A DNA stretch of 64,000 nucleotides from an uncultured Candidatus Berkelbacteria bacterium (GTDB lineage: Bacteria > Patescibacteriota > UBA1384 > XYA2-FULL-43-10 > CAINNR01), in the NCBI GenBank assembly GCA_903851235.1, contig CAINNR010000015.1, positions 11,327 through 75,326 of the forward strand. The letters are read 5' to 3'. This document shows positions 26,002 to 36,049 of this stretch, piece after piece. The position numbers and the translations under genes are program-made. Position 1 is the stretch's first letter, and every line of letters begins with the position of its first letter. The notes beneath the pieces were generated by a model, which ran no database searches, was not told where the DNA came from, and was given only the letters and a program-made list of their open reading frames with translations.

Positions 26002-29000
26002 TTAGAATCCGATATGGGTATAATTTGTTGTTTGCGGATTGACCCAGAGTCCGGCGCGGGAGCCACTGCAACCGCCGACTTTGGAACAGATAACATCATC
26101 CACCTTATATTGCCAGTAATCAACATCCTCTTGGCGGCCGGTCATAATTTGCGACGGAATCGCCAAGGCGTCGCCGGTTCGTTCCGATAATGCCAACACA
26201 TCACCGGCCAAAGTTTTCGCCTTGTACTGGGCGGCGGTAATATAGCCGGACTTTTTCGCCGTCGGATCCAAGCCATTAAAGGTGCCGAGATTCCCGTTGT
26301 CGGAAACAGAAGGATCGGGTTTGGCATCAACCCCGGGATAGTAACCGTCGGCGGTACAGGTGACCTCGGTCTTGTAAACACCGAATAAATTCATTAGGAC
26401 AAAGATTGCGACCGAAATCGGATTAAAGCCGGTGATAAGCATTGAAACCAACATCGAACCGGTGCCGGGAACCAAGCCGACAGCGGTTTCAAATTGGCCG
26501 ATCTGTTTTGAGAAAACCAAATTGACGACGAAAGCGATGCCGGCGGATTCAACATTTGACAGGTTCCCCTTGGCGTCAGCTAATTGTTTATTTGCTGTCA
26601 CGAGGTTTTTCGCTTCTGCAGCGCCCCCGGTTGCAGCATCTGCGGCACCGGCTACAGCCATATTGGCACTGGAGATAGCGGCGTTGGCGGCAACAATTTC
26701 TCGGTAGGTCGTATAAATAGTGAATGCTGTGCCCGATGGCAGACCGAGCGCTTTATCGGCCCAACCGGTGATCTTGCTGATGCCCCAATCTTTGTAAATA
26801 TTTTCCAGGCTTTTTATCGGCGTGCCGACTCCCGGGATGGTGATATCGGCGGTGAAATTGCCGTTTTTCAAGCCGTAAGCCAGGGCGGTGAAAGTTCCCG
26901 GTTGGAGCTGAAACCCGAGTAAATTGCCGAGTTTGCCATCGATCCAACTGTCAAGATTCGCCATTTTGCCGTTTTTGACCATTGTATCGAGATCAAAACC
27001 CTTTGGATTCTGGAAAAATGATGTCAGTGAGTTATACAGATCAATTCCAAGATCAAGCTTATTGTAACTGACACCGTTAAACGATAGAGTGCCGAGAGCA
27101 TTTTTTGCGTAACTCATCAACATTGCTGTTCGCTGGACACCGTTGCCGGAGTACATGGTTTTAACGAAGCCGGCGGGGATATTTTGATCAACTTGGTAAA
27201 GTTTGGCATCAGCCATTCGCCAGAGCAGATTGTTTTTTGTTACAGTGTCGGCCTGTTTTCGAGCCGCTTCCTGTACGCTGTTTAAATCCTCAATTGATTG
27301 AGAATTTTTTTGTACCGCCGCCATCATCGCCACCGGATCAACCGTCGGATTCGCCGGATAGTCTTGGGCAAAGCCGGTGCTTGCAGCATCGTAGGCAGCA
27401 TAAGTCGAATAACTCGAAGCTGTTGGGTTGGTCGGGTCATAACAAGTATTCCCCATTGCCGTTGATCCGGGGGCGCACTGACTGGCATATAAGGTTGTCG
27501 CCGGTGAACCGGCCATCTCTGCCGTCTCGGTTACCGACGCGATCGGGTTCGCTTTGTTCAAATTTGTCAGATAGTTGTTGGTTGCGCTGTCAACGTAAGA
27601 TTTTTCTAACGTCGGGTTACCCATGATCGAATAATAGATATCTTCATATGTAATGCGAAAATATGCCGGTAGATTGGCGGTGGTTGAACCGTTGTAAATG
27701 TGCAGGGCTTCCGCCGATTTAACCGCAGCCGTGATCTCCAAAACTCGCAAATCGCCATGAACCAACATGTTGGTGCTTTGCAAAATCAAGTCCTGTGTTT
27801 TCGGCATACCGGCGTAATTTCCACTGCCCGGACTTGGGGTGGCGATGATACCGATTTTCGACAGGTAATCGCCGACCAATTGCTCGCCGATCTGTTGCCC
27901 ATAATACTCCCAGCGGTCGGCACTAGAGCTTATTGATATGGCACCAAAATGACCGGTGGTCGGTATTGAGTCACTAGCGCGAAAAGTTGTCAGGCCGGTT
28001 TTCCAACCGTCGGAATATGGAAGAGGCCCACCGAGGCCGATGTAGGCGGCGGTAAATGAGGCGCCGGCGGTTGGATCAAGACCGAGTGAATTATCGAGTT
28101 TCTCAATACCGGAGAGCAACAACGATGCGGCAGCTTGCTCCGGATTGGTAATAATTCGGCCGATTGTGCCGGCGGAAAGCCCGAGTTTGCTGTCAAGATC
28201 AATGCCAAAAACTTGGGAGAAGTTATTAAAGATTGCGCCGTAATCACATGAAGTGGCGGCCGAAGTCCCAATTATTGTCTTGCTGCCGCAGGCTTTGATT
28301 CGCTGGAAGGTGTTTGTAAAACCATCAATCTTGCCCAGCGTTGCGGAATCGATTCCCAGTAGTTTGCCCCACGTATCGATGCCTGTCGGTGTTAAGCCGA
28401 TCACGGTGTTGGCGACATCGTGGCGGTAGTCGTCGGGAGTTATTTTTGAAGTCAGAAGTTGCTGAGTCGTTCCGGCCGGAAGTCCGAGCTGGGAGTCGAT
28501 GCCACTGACCTGATTTAAAAAGTTGGTCGTTTGATAGAGAGTAATACTTTGTGTCGGGTTTGAGGTGGAAAATGCGTCGGCTGAACTACCGTTAAAAGCT
28601 AAATTTAGTGTTGAAGTGATATTTTTTTCAAGCGCCGGATTCGTCAGGGCGATCGGGGCGATATTAGCGGTGCTGGCGGGATAGTTAACGTGACTTTCGG
28701 CCAGTTGATATTGGCTGGCGATTGATTGCTCGGCGATTGAAGCGGCCAACGATAAATTTGTAATCGCATCCGGGGTCAGAATTTCCGACGGTGGCAATTG
28801 GAATGCCCGAGCGAAGGCCACCGGGCCAATATTATCCATCAACTCCTGCAAGGTTGAGCCGCGGAAGGAGTTTGACGGCAAGTTGAGAACCTTCTCGATT
28901 TTCGCCCCACCGATATTTTCATAAATGTTTCCTGAGAGAGAAACAGTGCCGAGACCGAGCATACCGCCGACAAAATTGGCACCCAAATTCGCCAGCGAAC

Positions 29001-32000
29001 AGTTACGAATAATTGACGACGTTGATTGAATTATATTAATAACCTGATTCGAGCCGACTCCAAGTTGACTCTCGAGATATTTTGAGCCGATTTTATCAAC
29101 CGCTAGGGTGCCGTTTCCGGAGAGCAGATCGAAAATATCGCTAGCATCAATTTTCATTCCGGCAACGGTGACACCCATGCCGGCGAAGACTGCAGTCGTA
29201 ATTCGGCTTTCAGCCGTTCGCTTGCCGATTGTCTCCAAATACGGATTGATCGGTTTCTGACTCAAATTGGCGAGTAGATCTTTGCGGTTGAAAAGGTTTT
29301 GCAGCGTAGTGACGGGGATGTTTAATTTGTTGCTGATATTTGCTAGTTCATCACTTGAAAACGCCGCCGCTTTTGATGGAGTGGAGAGAAAACTGTTCAA
29401 CTCGCTCTGATAAGTTGCGGCTGTTGCGGCATCAAAAGAGTTTGGAACGGCCGGGTTGGAAGCCAAACCCTGGGACAAGGCTTTGACAAAGTCGACTTGC
29501 GAGCTCGCGTTGCTTTCGGCGTAACTTCTGGCTTCATTGATGCTCGGAAATGCGTGAGTGCCACTGGCGTCGGCATAAACATAGGAGTTATCGACTATCT
29601 GACTGCTGACAGAGAAAGTAATACCGTTTTGTTTTGTATAACTGAAACCGACCGGGCAACTGCCGGTAGTCGTCGGGCTGGCGATCTGCGAAGTGAAGCC
29701 GTTATGGGCGTTATATGTTATCAGGTTAGCGTAATTTTGATTCAAGCCATTAGTCAAACTTTGAGCGCTGGTTTTGACCCGAGTGAAAGTGTCGATGACA
29801 TTTTGGGGTAAATTTAATCGTCCGGCGATCAGCTCGGCGTCGGAGCTGCCCAAAGTATCGGTTGAAACTGACTGTCCGGAGAGAAATTTCAAACTTGTTC
29901 CGGCCGGTAGTGCCAATGAAGTATCTAGATTGCCGGCGGCCAGCGCCACCTGCGAACCGCTAGCGAATGAGCTGGCACCGGTGATTGAAGAAATATCAGC
30001 CGGCAAATTAAGCGCTCTCATAACTTGGGCCCCGGCTTCGGCCGAGGAGATGCCCCAAACCTTGCTTACATGATCGCGAACGTCGGAAAGTGTTGCCAGT
30101 GTGCCCGGAGTGCCACCCTGAAAGAAGTTTGGCGGCAGATGTAAGGTTTCCTCCAGTTGGGCTTGACCGATAGATTGGAAGAAGGCGTCTTGCCCATCAA
30201 TATTTGACGAGTCGGTTTTATTTTTAATAAAAGTGGCGTAATAGTAAATTGAATTTTTCGGCAGGTCGAGTGAACTTTCAATTTTGTTGGCACCGATCGA
30301 AATTAGAAAATTCTCCGGTGTCATCTTGCCGGCCAGCATCAGAGCTAAAGAGGCGGCTGAGATCTGGGTGCCGGAGCTGGCCGAGGTTGAATCGTTGGTA
30401 TTTTGAACGCCGATGCTGCCGAGATCGGAGAGTTGGAGCGATGAAATAGAGGATTGCGGTTTACCGGTCAAAATTTCCTCGACTGCCTGGGCAATATCGG
30501 CAAAATCAAGCGCGGTGGTGTTGGCTTTATCTTTTAAACTTTGGTTGGCGGCGACAGAGTTTTTCAGAGCGCCTGAGGCCTGGTCGAAATTAACCGCCGA
30601 GTTTCTAGTGACACTAATTGCTTGAATCCCGGATGATAGGCCATTGGTGTCAGCTTTTTCCACCTCTGATTTGGCACTAGCGATGTTGGTTTTGAAAATC
30701 CCGATATTGGCATCGCTGCTGGTAACACCGGCCCAATCACTTTGAATTTTTGCTGTTTTTGTCTGAATCAACTGGATTCTGGTTTTGTAAAAATCGACAG
30801 TTTTCAGAGCTGAGGTAATCTCCGGGTGCTGGGCCAAATAAGAGGCTTCAGCTTGTTTTACCGCCGAAGAATTTGCGATTCCGTTGTAGAGCGCGGTCTG
30901 GCCAAGACTTTTCAGCACCGGTTGCGGATTGACATTCGAGCAGCCGAATAGGCGGAAAAAATCACCACGTGAAAGACCGTAAGTTGTCATGAATTGACTT
31001 TCCGGCAAAGTCACGACTTTCGTCGTTGTCGTTCCGGCGATGGTGATGGTTACTGTTGCCACTGATGGAACGGCGCAATCGCTACTGGTAAGTTTGTTAT
31101 TAAACCACTGTACTAATGCGGCCCGAACATCACTGTCGCCATTGAAAGCTTGGGCCAAGGTGTCGGCGCCGATCTGTTGAAAGTTCGATGCCAAGTTTGT
31201 GCCGGCCAAAATGTCGGTCATTCGGGCGTTGGCGCTGGCGGTGGTGATACTGTTTGATGTACTATCGACTGATAGTCTGGCGGCATTGGCGGCGGCGGTT
31301 GATGAGGCGAAAGAGTAAACACTATCAGCCAAAATCTTGTTGGCAACCAGCGTCGCATAGGCATCCGGTGGTAGAGCGCCGGATTTGTACTGAGCGGAGT
31401 AATTATTTAACCCCAGTCCAAGTTTTTCATCAACACTGGTCGGATTTTGATAAACCAAATCAATTTTTCGCTGACCGGCGACGGTTTCAAGTTTTTTAAA
31501 ATTAGTATCGGTGCCGAACGCTCCTGCCGGCAAAGCCAAATCATTTTCAATCGTTCGCCGTCCAATTACCAACCTCAAACTCGTCGGATCAGTGATTGAA
31601 GATGACAGCGTGTTGGTCGGCAGATTGAGCGCCGACTCGACATGGCGTTCGCCGGTATTAATCAAAATTTCATTCAAATTATTGCCCTGAATTGAGCCCC
31701 AAGGCAGATTTAACTTCTTCTCCAGTTGGGCTTCGCCGATTTTGGCTTCCAAGTCATTTACGTCGGCCAAATTGGCATTGATAAAAGCTTGCCGCGGTAA
31801 ATTCAAATCATCGGCCAGCGCCATGCCGCCGATTTTTTTGATTGTGTCGGCAAAGTCCGTGCCGGAAATCGCCATATTCGGAGAATTTAACATTTCGCCG
31901 ATCAGCGATTTTCCGATTAAACCGACGATGTCGGAGAAGCCGGCTTTCGATAAATCGGTCGTCGAATCAACGGATATTCCCAACTGATCGAGTAAATCGA

Positions 32001-33246
32001 TGTAATTTCCACTTGCCAGTTGTCGAAGATTGGCATTTAGGCTGGAATAGTCTGGTGGTGGCGAGGTATCATAGCCGGAGGAGGTTTGCCAGGCAAGACT
32101 TATTGGTGTCGCCGGTAATTTTGTTTTATCATCAGAGCCGATTCGTTTCTTCTTTATCAGTGTGCACTTAATATTGTCTACGGCGGAAATGTCAACCGCT
32201 TCACCCTTATAATGAGCGGAGAGATTACTGGCGGTTTCGGCGTCGGAGAAAACCAAATCGCCCTGACTGGCTCCGGCGGAATCGATAACCTCGGCTTGTC
32301 CGGTCGCTGAAGCGATTGTTGGATCGGCGCTGAGAGCATTCTTATCTGCGCTGGAGACATCGCTAACTGTGGTCAGCGAGGATTTACTTGAGCTGGTGTT
32401 CTGAGCGATCTGTTGATAAATTGCCGTTGATTCTCTTGAAGTTTGTTTGGCATCGCGGTTGTAACCGTTACGAATTCGCAAAACCTTGATCAATTCGTGA
32501 CCGGCGCCACCTTGATCCTTTGGTGTAACCAGATTAACCAAAAGTTCCAGAACACGGCGATCAATTACAACTTTATTTTGGGCGTTATCAATTATCGCAT
32601 TGACTGAAGTTTGGTCGTATTTCAGCATGTCGGCGGCTTGATTTTGATCGACACCGGCGATGCAGGCGAAATTCGGCAGATCATTTTTCAGATTCGAAAC
32701 GATGTTGGTTCGCGCAGTATTCTGGGCCGTGGTTATCAAATTTTGGTAGCCGGTCGGGTCGGCGGTTTTCATTGTTGCAATATCAGCAATCGTTTTACCG
32801 CTCGCCGCTGCCAGTGAATCATCATGATTGGCAAAGTCAGGAATAACATTTCCTAAACAGGATAATGTTCGAATATCCTGCAAATCCGAGGGGTTGAAAA
32901 CCAGTTTAGGTGAGGAGGAAATGTTTTCTGTCGCCCAGAGAAACCCACCGATGCCACCATTTTCGCCCTCCAGGTAGTTGTTGCTGGTAAATTGCATTAG
33001 TGACTTAACCGATGCTGGCAAATTATCATTGATCGTTGGTACATTTATTCCAACATCAATCCCACCAACTTGGTCACCTTCACTATCAATTGCTTCTATC
33101 GGGTTTTGGTCTTGATTATCATTGGACACGGCGGGAGAATCAACCGGATCGGCGTGAGCACTTTGAATATACACAATTAAATTCAGCGGCAAAATAATCG
33201 CCAAAATGTTGAAGATGACTAAACTTTTTTTCAGAAAAGGTTTCAT
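26002..33246 (-). CDS. giant (2414 aa) secreted, C-terminally membrane-anchored surface protein with degenerate xLxLP repeats
   Basis: Signal peptide MKPFLKKSLVIFNILAIILPLNLIVYIQSAHA; about 15 instances of (L/A)(N/G/A/H/D)LP(x)(N/G/S) repeats (DLNLPRQ, KLNLPWG, ALNLPTN, SLALPAG, RLNLPQN, VLNLPSN, LGLPAGT, ALGLPSG ...); hydrophobic segment near C-terminus; start overlaps the M23 gene stop by 1 nt. Confidence 0.7.
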   Translation of the reverse strand: MKPFLKKSLVIFNILAIILPLNLIVYIQSAHADPVDSPAVSNDNQDQNPIEAIDSEGDQVGGIDVGINVPTINDNLPASVKSLMQFTSNNYLEGENGGIGGFLWATENISSSPKLVFNPSDLQDIRTLSCLGNVIPDFANHDDSLAAASGKTIADIATMKTADPTGYQNLITTAQNTARTNIVSNLKNDLPNFACIAGVDQNQAADMLKYDQTSVNAIIDNAQNKVVIDRRVLELLVNLVTPKDQGGAGHELIKVLRIRNGYNRDAKQTSRESTAIYQQIAQNTSSSKSSLTTVSDVSSADKNALSADPTIASATGQAEVIDSAGASQGDLVFSDAETASNLSAHYKGEAVDISAVDNIKCTLIKKKRIGSDDKTKLPATPISLAWQTSSGYDTSPPPDYSSLNANLRQLASGNYIDLLDQLGISVDSTTDLSKAGFSDIVGLIGKSLIGEMLNSPNMAISGTDFADTIKKIGGMALADDLNLPRQAFINANLADVNDLEAKIGEAQLEKKLNLPWGSIQGNNLNEILINTGERHVESALNLPTNTLSSSITDPTSLRLVIGRRTIENDLALPAGAFGTDTNFKKLETVAGQRKIDLVYQNPTSVDEKLGLGLNNYSAQYKSGALPPDAYATLVANKILADSVYSFASSTAAANAARLSVDSTSNSITTASANARMTDILAGTNLASNFQQIGADTLAQAFNGDSDVRAALVQWFNNKLTSSDCAVPSVATVTITIAGTTTTKVVTLPESQFMTTYGLSRGDFFRLFGCSNVNPQPVLKSLGQTALYNGIANSSAVKQAEASYLAQHPEITSALKTVDFYKTRIQLIQTKTAKIQSDWAGVTSSDANIGIFKTNIASAKSEVEKADTNGLSSGIQAISVTRNSAVNFDQASGALKNSVAANQSLKDKANTTALDFADIAQAVEEILTGKPQSSISSLQLSDLGSIGVQNTNDSTSASSGTQISAASLALMLAGKMTPENFLISIGANKIESSLDLPKNSIYYYATFIKNKTDSSNIDGQDAFFQSIGQAQLEETLHLPPNFFQGGTPGTLATLSDVRDHVSKVWGISSAEAGAQVMRALNLPADISSITGASSFASGSQVALAAGNLDTSLALPAGTSLKFLSGQSVSTDTLGSSDAELIAGRLNLPQNVIDTFTRVKTSAQSLTNGLNQNYANLITYNAHNGFTSQIASPTTTGSCPVGFSYTKQNGITFSVSSQIVDNSYVYADASGTHAFPSINEARSYAESNASSQVDFVKALSQGLASNPAVPNSFDAATAATYQSELNSFLSTPSKAAAFSSDELANISNKLNIPVTTLQNLFNRKDLLANLSQKPINPYLETIGKRTAESRITTAVFAGMGVTVAGMKIDASDIFDLLSGNGTLAVDKIGSKYLESQLGVGSNQVINIIQSTSSIIRNCSLANLGANFVGGMLGLGTVSLSGNIYENIGGAKIEKVLNLPSNSFRGSTLQELMDNIGPVAFARAFQLPPSEILTPDAITNLSLAASIAEQSIASQYQLAESHVNYPASTANIAPIALTNPALEKNITSTLNLAFNGSSADAFSTSNPTQSITLYQTTNFLNQVSGIDSQLGLPAGTTQQLLTSKITPDDYRHDVANTVIGLTPTGIDTWGKLLGIDSATLGKIDGFTNTFQRIKACGSKTIIGTSAATSCDYGAIFNNFSQVFGIDLDSKLGLSAGTIGRIITNPEQAAASLLLSGIEKLDNSLGLDPTAGASFTAAYIGLGGPLPYSDGWKTGLTTFRASDSIPTTGHFGAISISSSADRWEYYGQQIGEQLVGDYLSKIGIIATPSPGSGNYAGMPKTQDLILQSTNMLVHGDLRVLEITAAVKSAEALHIYNGSTTANLPAYFRITYEDIYYSIMGNPTLEKSYVDSATNNYLTNLNKANPIASVTETAEMAGSPATTLYASQCAPGSTAMGNTCYDPTNPTASSYSTYAAYDAASTGFAQDYPANPTVDPVAMMAAVQKNSQSIEDLNSVQEAARKQADTVTKNNLLWRMADAKLYQVDQNIPAGFVKTMYSGNGVQRTAMLMSYAKNALGTLSFNGVSYNKLDLGIDLYNSLTSFFQNPKGFDLDTMVKNGKMANLDSWIDGKLGNLLGFQLQPGTFTALAYGLKNGNFTADITIPGVGTPIKSLENIYKDWGISKITGWADKALGLPSGTAFTIYTTYREIVAANAAISSANMAVAGAADAATGGAAEAKNLVTANKQLADAKGNLSNVESAGIAFVVNLVFSKQIGQFETAVGLVPGTGSMLVSMLITGFNPISVAIFVLMNLFGVYKTEVTCTADGYYPGVDAKPDPSVSDNGNLGTFNGLDPTAKKSGYITAAQYKAKTLAGDVLALSERTGDALAIPSQIMTGRQEDVDYWQYKVDDVICSKVGGCSGSRAGLWVNPQTTNYTHIGF

Positions 33247-33248
33247 AA

Positions 33249-34673
33249 TTACGGAGTTTTATTTAAAACGCTCAAATCACGGACGTATAAATACTCGCCG
33301 ATAACATTGTATTTTTTATTACTGCTGTGAAAATTGGCTACGTCTTCGGCGGTTGTGGTAACGGCGTGATTATCACAAAGAAGTTCGAAGTGAAGGTGAG
33401 GGTGATTCAGACCGGTCCAACTTGCGCCAATTTTTTGACCGACGGTTACATCGTCACTGCTGGTTACACTTTGCATATGGGCGTACACCGCTCTAAAGGT
33501 TTTACCGACGCTGTCTTTGCCTTCAATATATATGTAGTCGCCGGAGTGGTTCCCGCGCTTTGTAATATGACCGGAGAAGGCGGCGTAAACCGGTGTGCCA
33601 CCCGAATCGCCAATATCAGTGGCGTCATTGGTGCATTTGTTATTGTTGATGAATGTGCCATGTCCGGGAACCGATTCGCATCTCATAAACGATCCACCAT
33701 GCAATGTGCTGTTAAATCCCTTTACATCTTTTGGACTGATTGGATAGGCGGTTTCTCCGCTGAAGTGAAAAGGAACCGTGGCGAAGATATCCAAAAGTTG
33801 CCCGACGGCGGTGACGATTTTCAGGCCGGCGGCATTTTCTTTCGCATCGCCTTGCGGCAGCGTTTGAAAAGCTTTGACTAGTCCGACAATTTCATCAATC
33901 TTTGCTGAAATTTTTGCTTTGGTTGTAGAGTCATAGTTGCTTAGAGGCGGCGAATTCAGATCATTTTTCATTGCCGCCAAGTCACCTTGCAATCCGGAGA
34001 GGACATCGGCTGTTAATGACTTGGTGACATCGCTGTTTCCGCTCAATGCCAAAATTTTGGAAATCCATGGGCGATCATGCAAGATATCGGTGGCTTCTAC
34101 TGGGCTTGAACCGTTGACGTTCGGTGTTTGGAGGGCGCGAATAAGGAAAACCAGTGCGACGACAATGATAACTATTCCGACGATGGCGAGCAAAATCGGT
34201 AACCAATATCCGGCCGTTGTGGCGGCGATTTTAGTTCCGATTTGAGCCGCCCATTTTGTTGCTGATCCAACGGCTTTTTTCACCGCATCGCCAGCGACAT
34301 CGGCTAGCGGTTTTGCGGCGCGTTTAGTCGCTGTTTTTTTCTCATCTTCGGCTTGTTCTTTGGCTTTTTCTTGCGCCGTTTCGCGCGGCTGTACCGCCGG
34401 ACCACCGGGTTGAGCCTCCTTGACCGCTGCTGGCGTAAAAACATCATCCGATTTAAATTCCGGCACCTCGGCTTGCTGAATTTGCTCCTCAGGCGTGCCC
34501 GATTTTACCTTTGCTGTTTCATTTGCATTATCATCGGTTTTCGGTTGATGAGCATCTTCGATTTCTTCTTCATCAATATCAAAATCGGCCGAAGTTTCCG
34601 TCGGAACATTAATTTGAGCCCGTTTAATATCGTCGGCGACCCTCCGTTTGTACTGATCTGGCGACTCAGCCAC
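33249..34673 (-). CDS. membrane-anchored M23 (LytM-type) metallopeptidase
   Basis: Acidic disordered cytoplasmic N-terminus, one TM, C-terminal HxxxD (HGGSFMRCESVPGHGTFINNNKCTND), DIGDSGGTPVYAAFSG and HLHFEL motifs. Confidence 0.7.
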   Translation of the reverse strand: MAESPDQYKRRVADDIKRAQINVPTETSADFDIDEEEIEDAHQPKTDDNANETAKVKSGTPEEQIQQAEVPEFKSDDVFTPAAVKEAQPGGPAVQPRETAQEKAKEQAEDEKKTATKRAAKPLADVAGDAVKKAVGSATKWAAQIGTKIAATTAGYWLPILLAIVGIVIIVVALVFLIRALQTPNVNGSSPVEATDILHDRPWISKILALSGNSDVTKSLTADVLSGLQGDLAAMKNDLNSPPLSNYDSTTKAKISAKIDEIVGLVKAFQTLPQGDAKENAAGLKIVTAVGQLLDIFATVPFHFSGETAYPISPKDVKGFNSTLHGGSFMRCESVPGHGTFINNNKCTNDATDIGDSGGTPVYAAFSGHITKRGNHSGDYIYIEGKDSVGKTFRAVYAHMQSVTSSDDVTVGQKIGASWTGLNHPHLHFELLCDNHAVTTTAEDVANFHSSNKKYNVIGEYLYVRDLSVLNKTP

Positions 34674-34723
34674 TGATCCCTCCGTTTCAAATTAGTCGAA
34701 TGAGTCTAATCGGACCAATTGGA

Positions 34724-36049
34724 CTAATTTGAAATTAATTTAACAAAATACAATTTTCCGGCCGAAGTGAAAACCGCTCCAGATTTGTCATCACTCAAAG
34801 AAACTTCGCTGACCGTTGAATTGCCTTGACCGGCAAAGTAAAAATCGGAAGTTTTCCCATCAATTAAACCTACAACTATCATTTTACTCTCCGCGGAATC
34901 GATTGGCAAGAAAATTTGATCCGGATTTTTCCATAATTTGACATCCGAAGCGCGAGCGGCGATTCCCAAATCACGATTATTACTGCCATCTGAGTTTATT
35001 ACCGAAAGAGTTTGTCTCAGCGGATTTTGCGGATTGTTGGAAAATGTCGAGTAAATAATTTTTTTGCTGTCAGAGCTAAAAACCGCTTCTTTTTGGTTGC
35101 CGGCTGTGTTTAGTGGCGTGACTACTTTGGTATAGACATCCATCAGATAAATTTTGTTTTGATTGAAATCAGCGTTTCTTGGAATAATCAGCAGATATTG
35201 TGAATCGGGTGAAAAGGCGAGGTAGGGGTTCTCGATGTTAAGCTCGGCCAAATTTGCCGCTCGGTAAATGTTTTGATTACTGGCATCGGAAAAAATCAGT
35301 GATCGCTCACCACCGGGCGGGGCGTAATAATAGGCGAGGCGCGAACCATCGGGGGCCCAAACTATGTCGCCGACATTGTTACTGAAAAGCGTCTCGCTTT
35401 GATTGATAAAATCGTACTTTTTGAAATCCAATAAATTAACTGTTGTGCCGGTTTTTACCAAAATCAAATTTTTGTCCGGCGACCAGATTATCTTTGATTT
35501 CGGGTCGATCGGTGTCGAGGTGATTTGCTGGTTAGTAGCAACTGTCGCACCGCCGGAATTATCAATATCCAGAGTTGATAAATAGAATAAATTATTGCTA
35601 AGGCTCTGATAAAAAACCTTGTTATCGGAAATCGCGATGTGAGCGGCTGAGTCAGCGATTTTATTCGGCTCCGGCGCTTTGACTAAATCAATTTTTTTTG
35701 AATAATTTTGTCCGCGTGATAATGTGATTTCCTCTTTGAAGCCGACGTAATTATCGGCGTCGACGCGCAAAGTGTGTTTACCCAAACCGGTGACGAAACT
35801 GGCCGAGCCGTTCAACAGCTGGGCCGGTGAATTGTCCAGTGTGACGATGGCGTTTGTCGGTGCGACTTCAACCGAGACTTTGGCGTGGATGAAAAAGAGA
35901 AAATAAATCAGCGCAGCAAGGAAAATAAAAAATCCGATCAAAACCATCCGGAATATTAGAGTTTGTTGTTTTTGTTTTATCTTTCCCATAATATTTACTT
36001 CGGGCATCCGGGAGTTGTATCTGCTGGTAATAATTTGAAATCTGGCCAA
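34724..36049 (-). CDS. membrane-anchored PEGA-domain plus TolB-like (PD40/WD40-like) beta-propeller protein
   Basis: N-terminal TM; PEGA-like VEVAPTNAIVTLDNSPAQLLNG..GKHTLRVDADNYVGF; repeated SPD/APDG blades (IIWSPDKN, IVWAPDGS, LAFSPDSQ, VFSSDSKK). True start probably a downstream Met (complement 36007 or 35989), since the listed start overlaps the upstream gene. Confidence 0.5.
   Translation of the reverse strand: MARFQIITSRYNSRMPEVNIMGKIKQKQQTLIFRMVLIGFFIFLAALIYFLFFIHAKVSVEVAPTNAIVTLDNSPAQLLNGSASFVTGLGKHTLRVDADNYVGFKEEITLSRGQNYSKKIDLVKAPEPNKIADSAAHIAISDNKVFYQSLSNNLFYLSTLDIDNSGGATVATNQQITSTPIDPKSKIIWSPDKNLILVKTGTTVNLLDFKKYDFINQSETLFSNNVGDIVWAPDGSRLAYYYAPPGGERSLIFSDASNQNIYRAANLAELNIENPYLAFSPDSQYLLIIPRNADFNQNKIYLMDVYTKVVTPLNTAGNQKEAVFSSDSKKIIYSTFSNNPQNPLRQTLSVINSDGSNNRDLGIAARASDVKLWKNPDQIFLPIDSAESKMIVVGLIDGKTSDFYFAGQGNSTVSEVSLSDDKSGAVFTSAGKLYFVKLISN

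Noticed and set aside
26142-33246. Numerous ORFs of 60-130 aa inside or antisense to the 2414-aa gene
   Set aside because: Contained within a continuous 7.2-kb ORF with signal peptide and consistent repeat architecture; elevated GC in this gene inflates random ORF length
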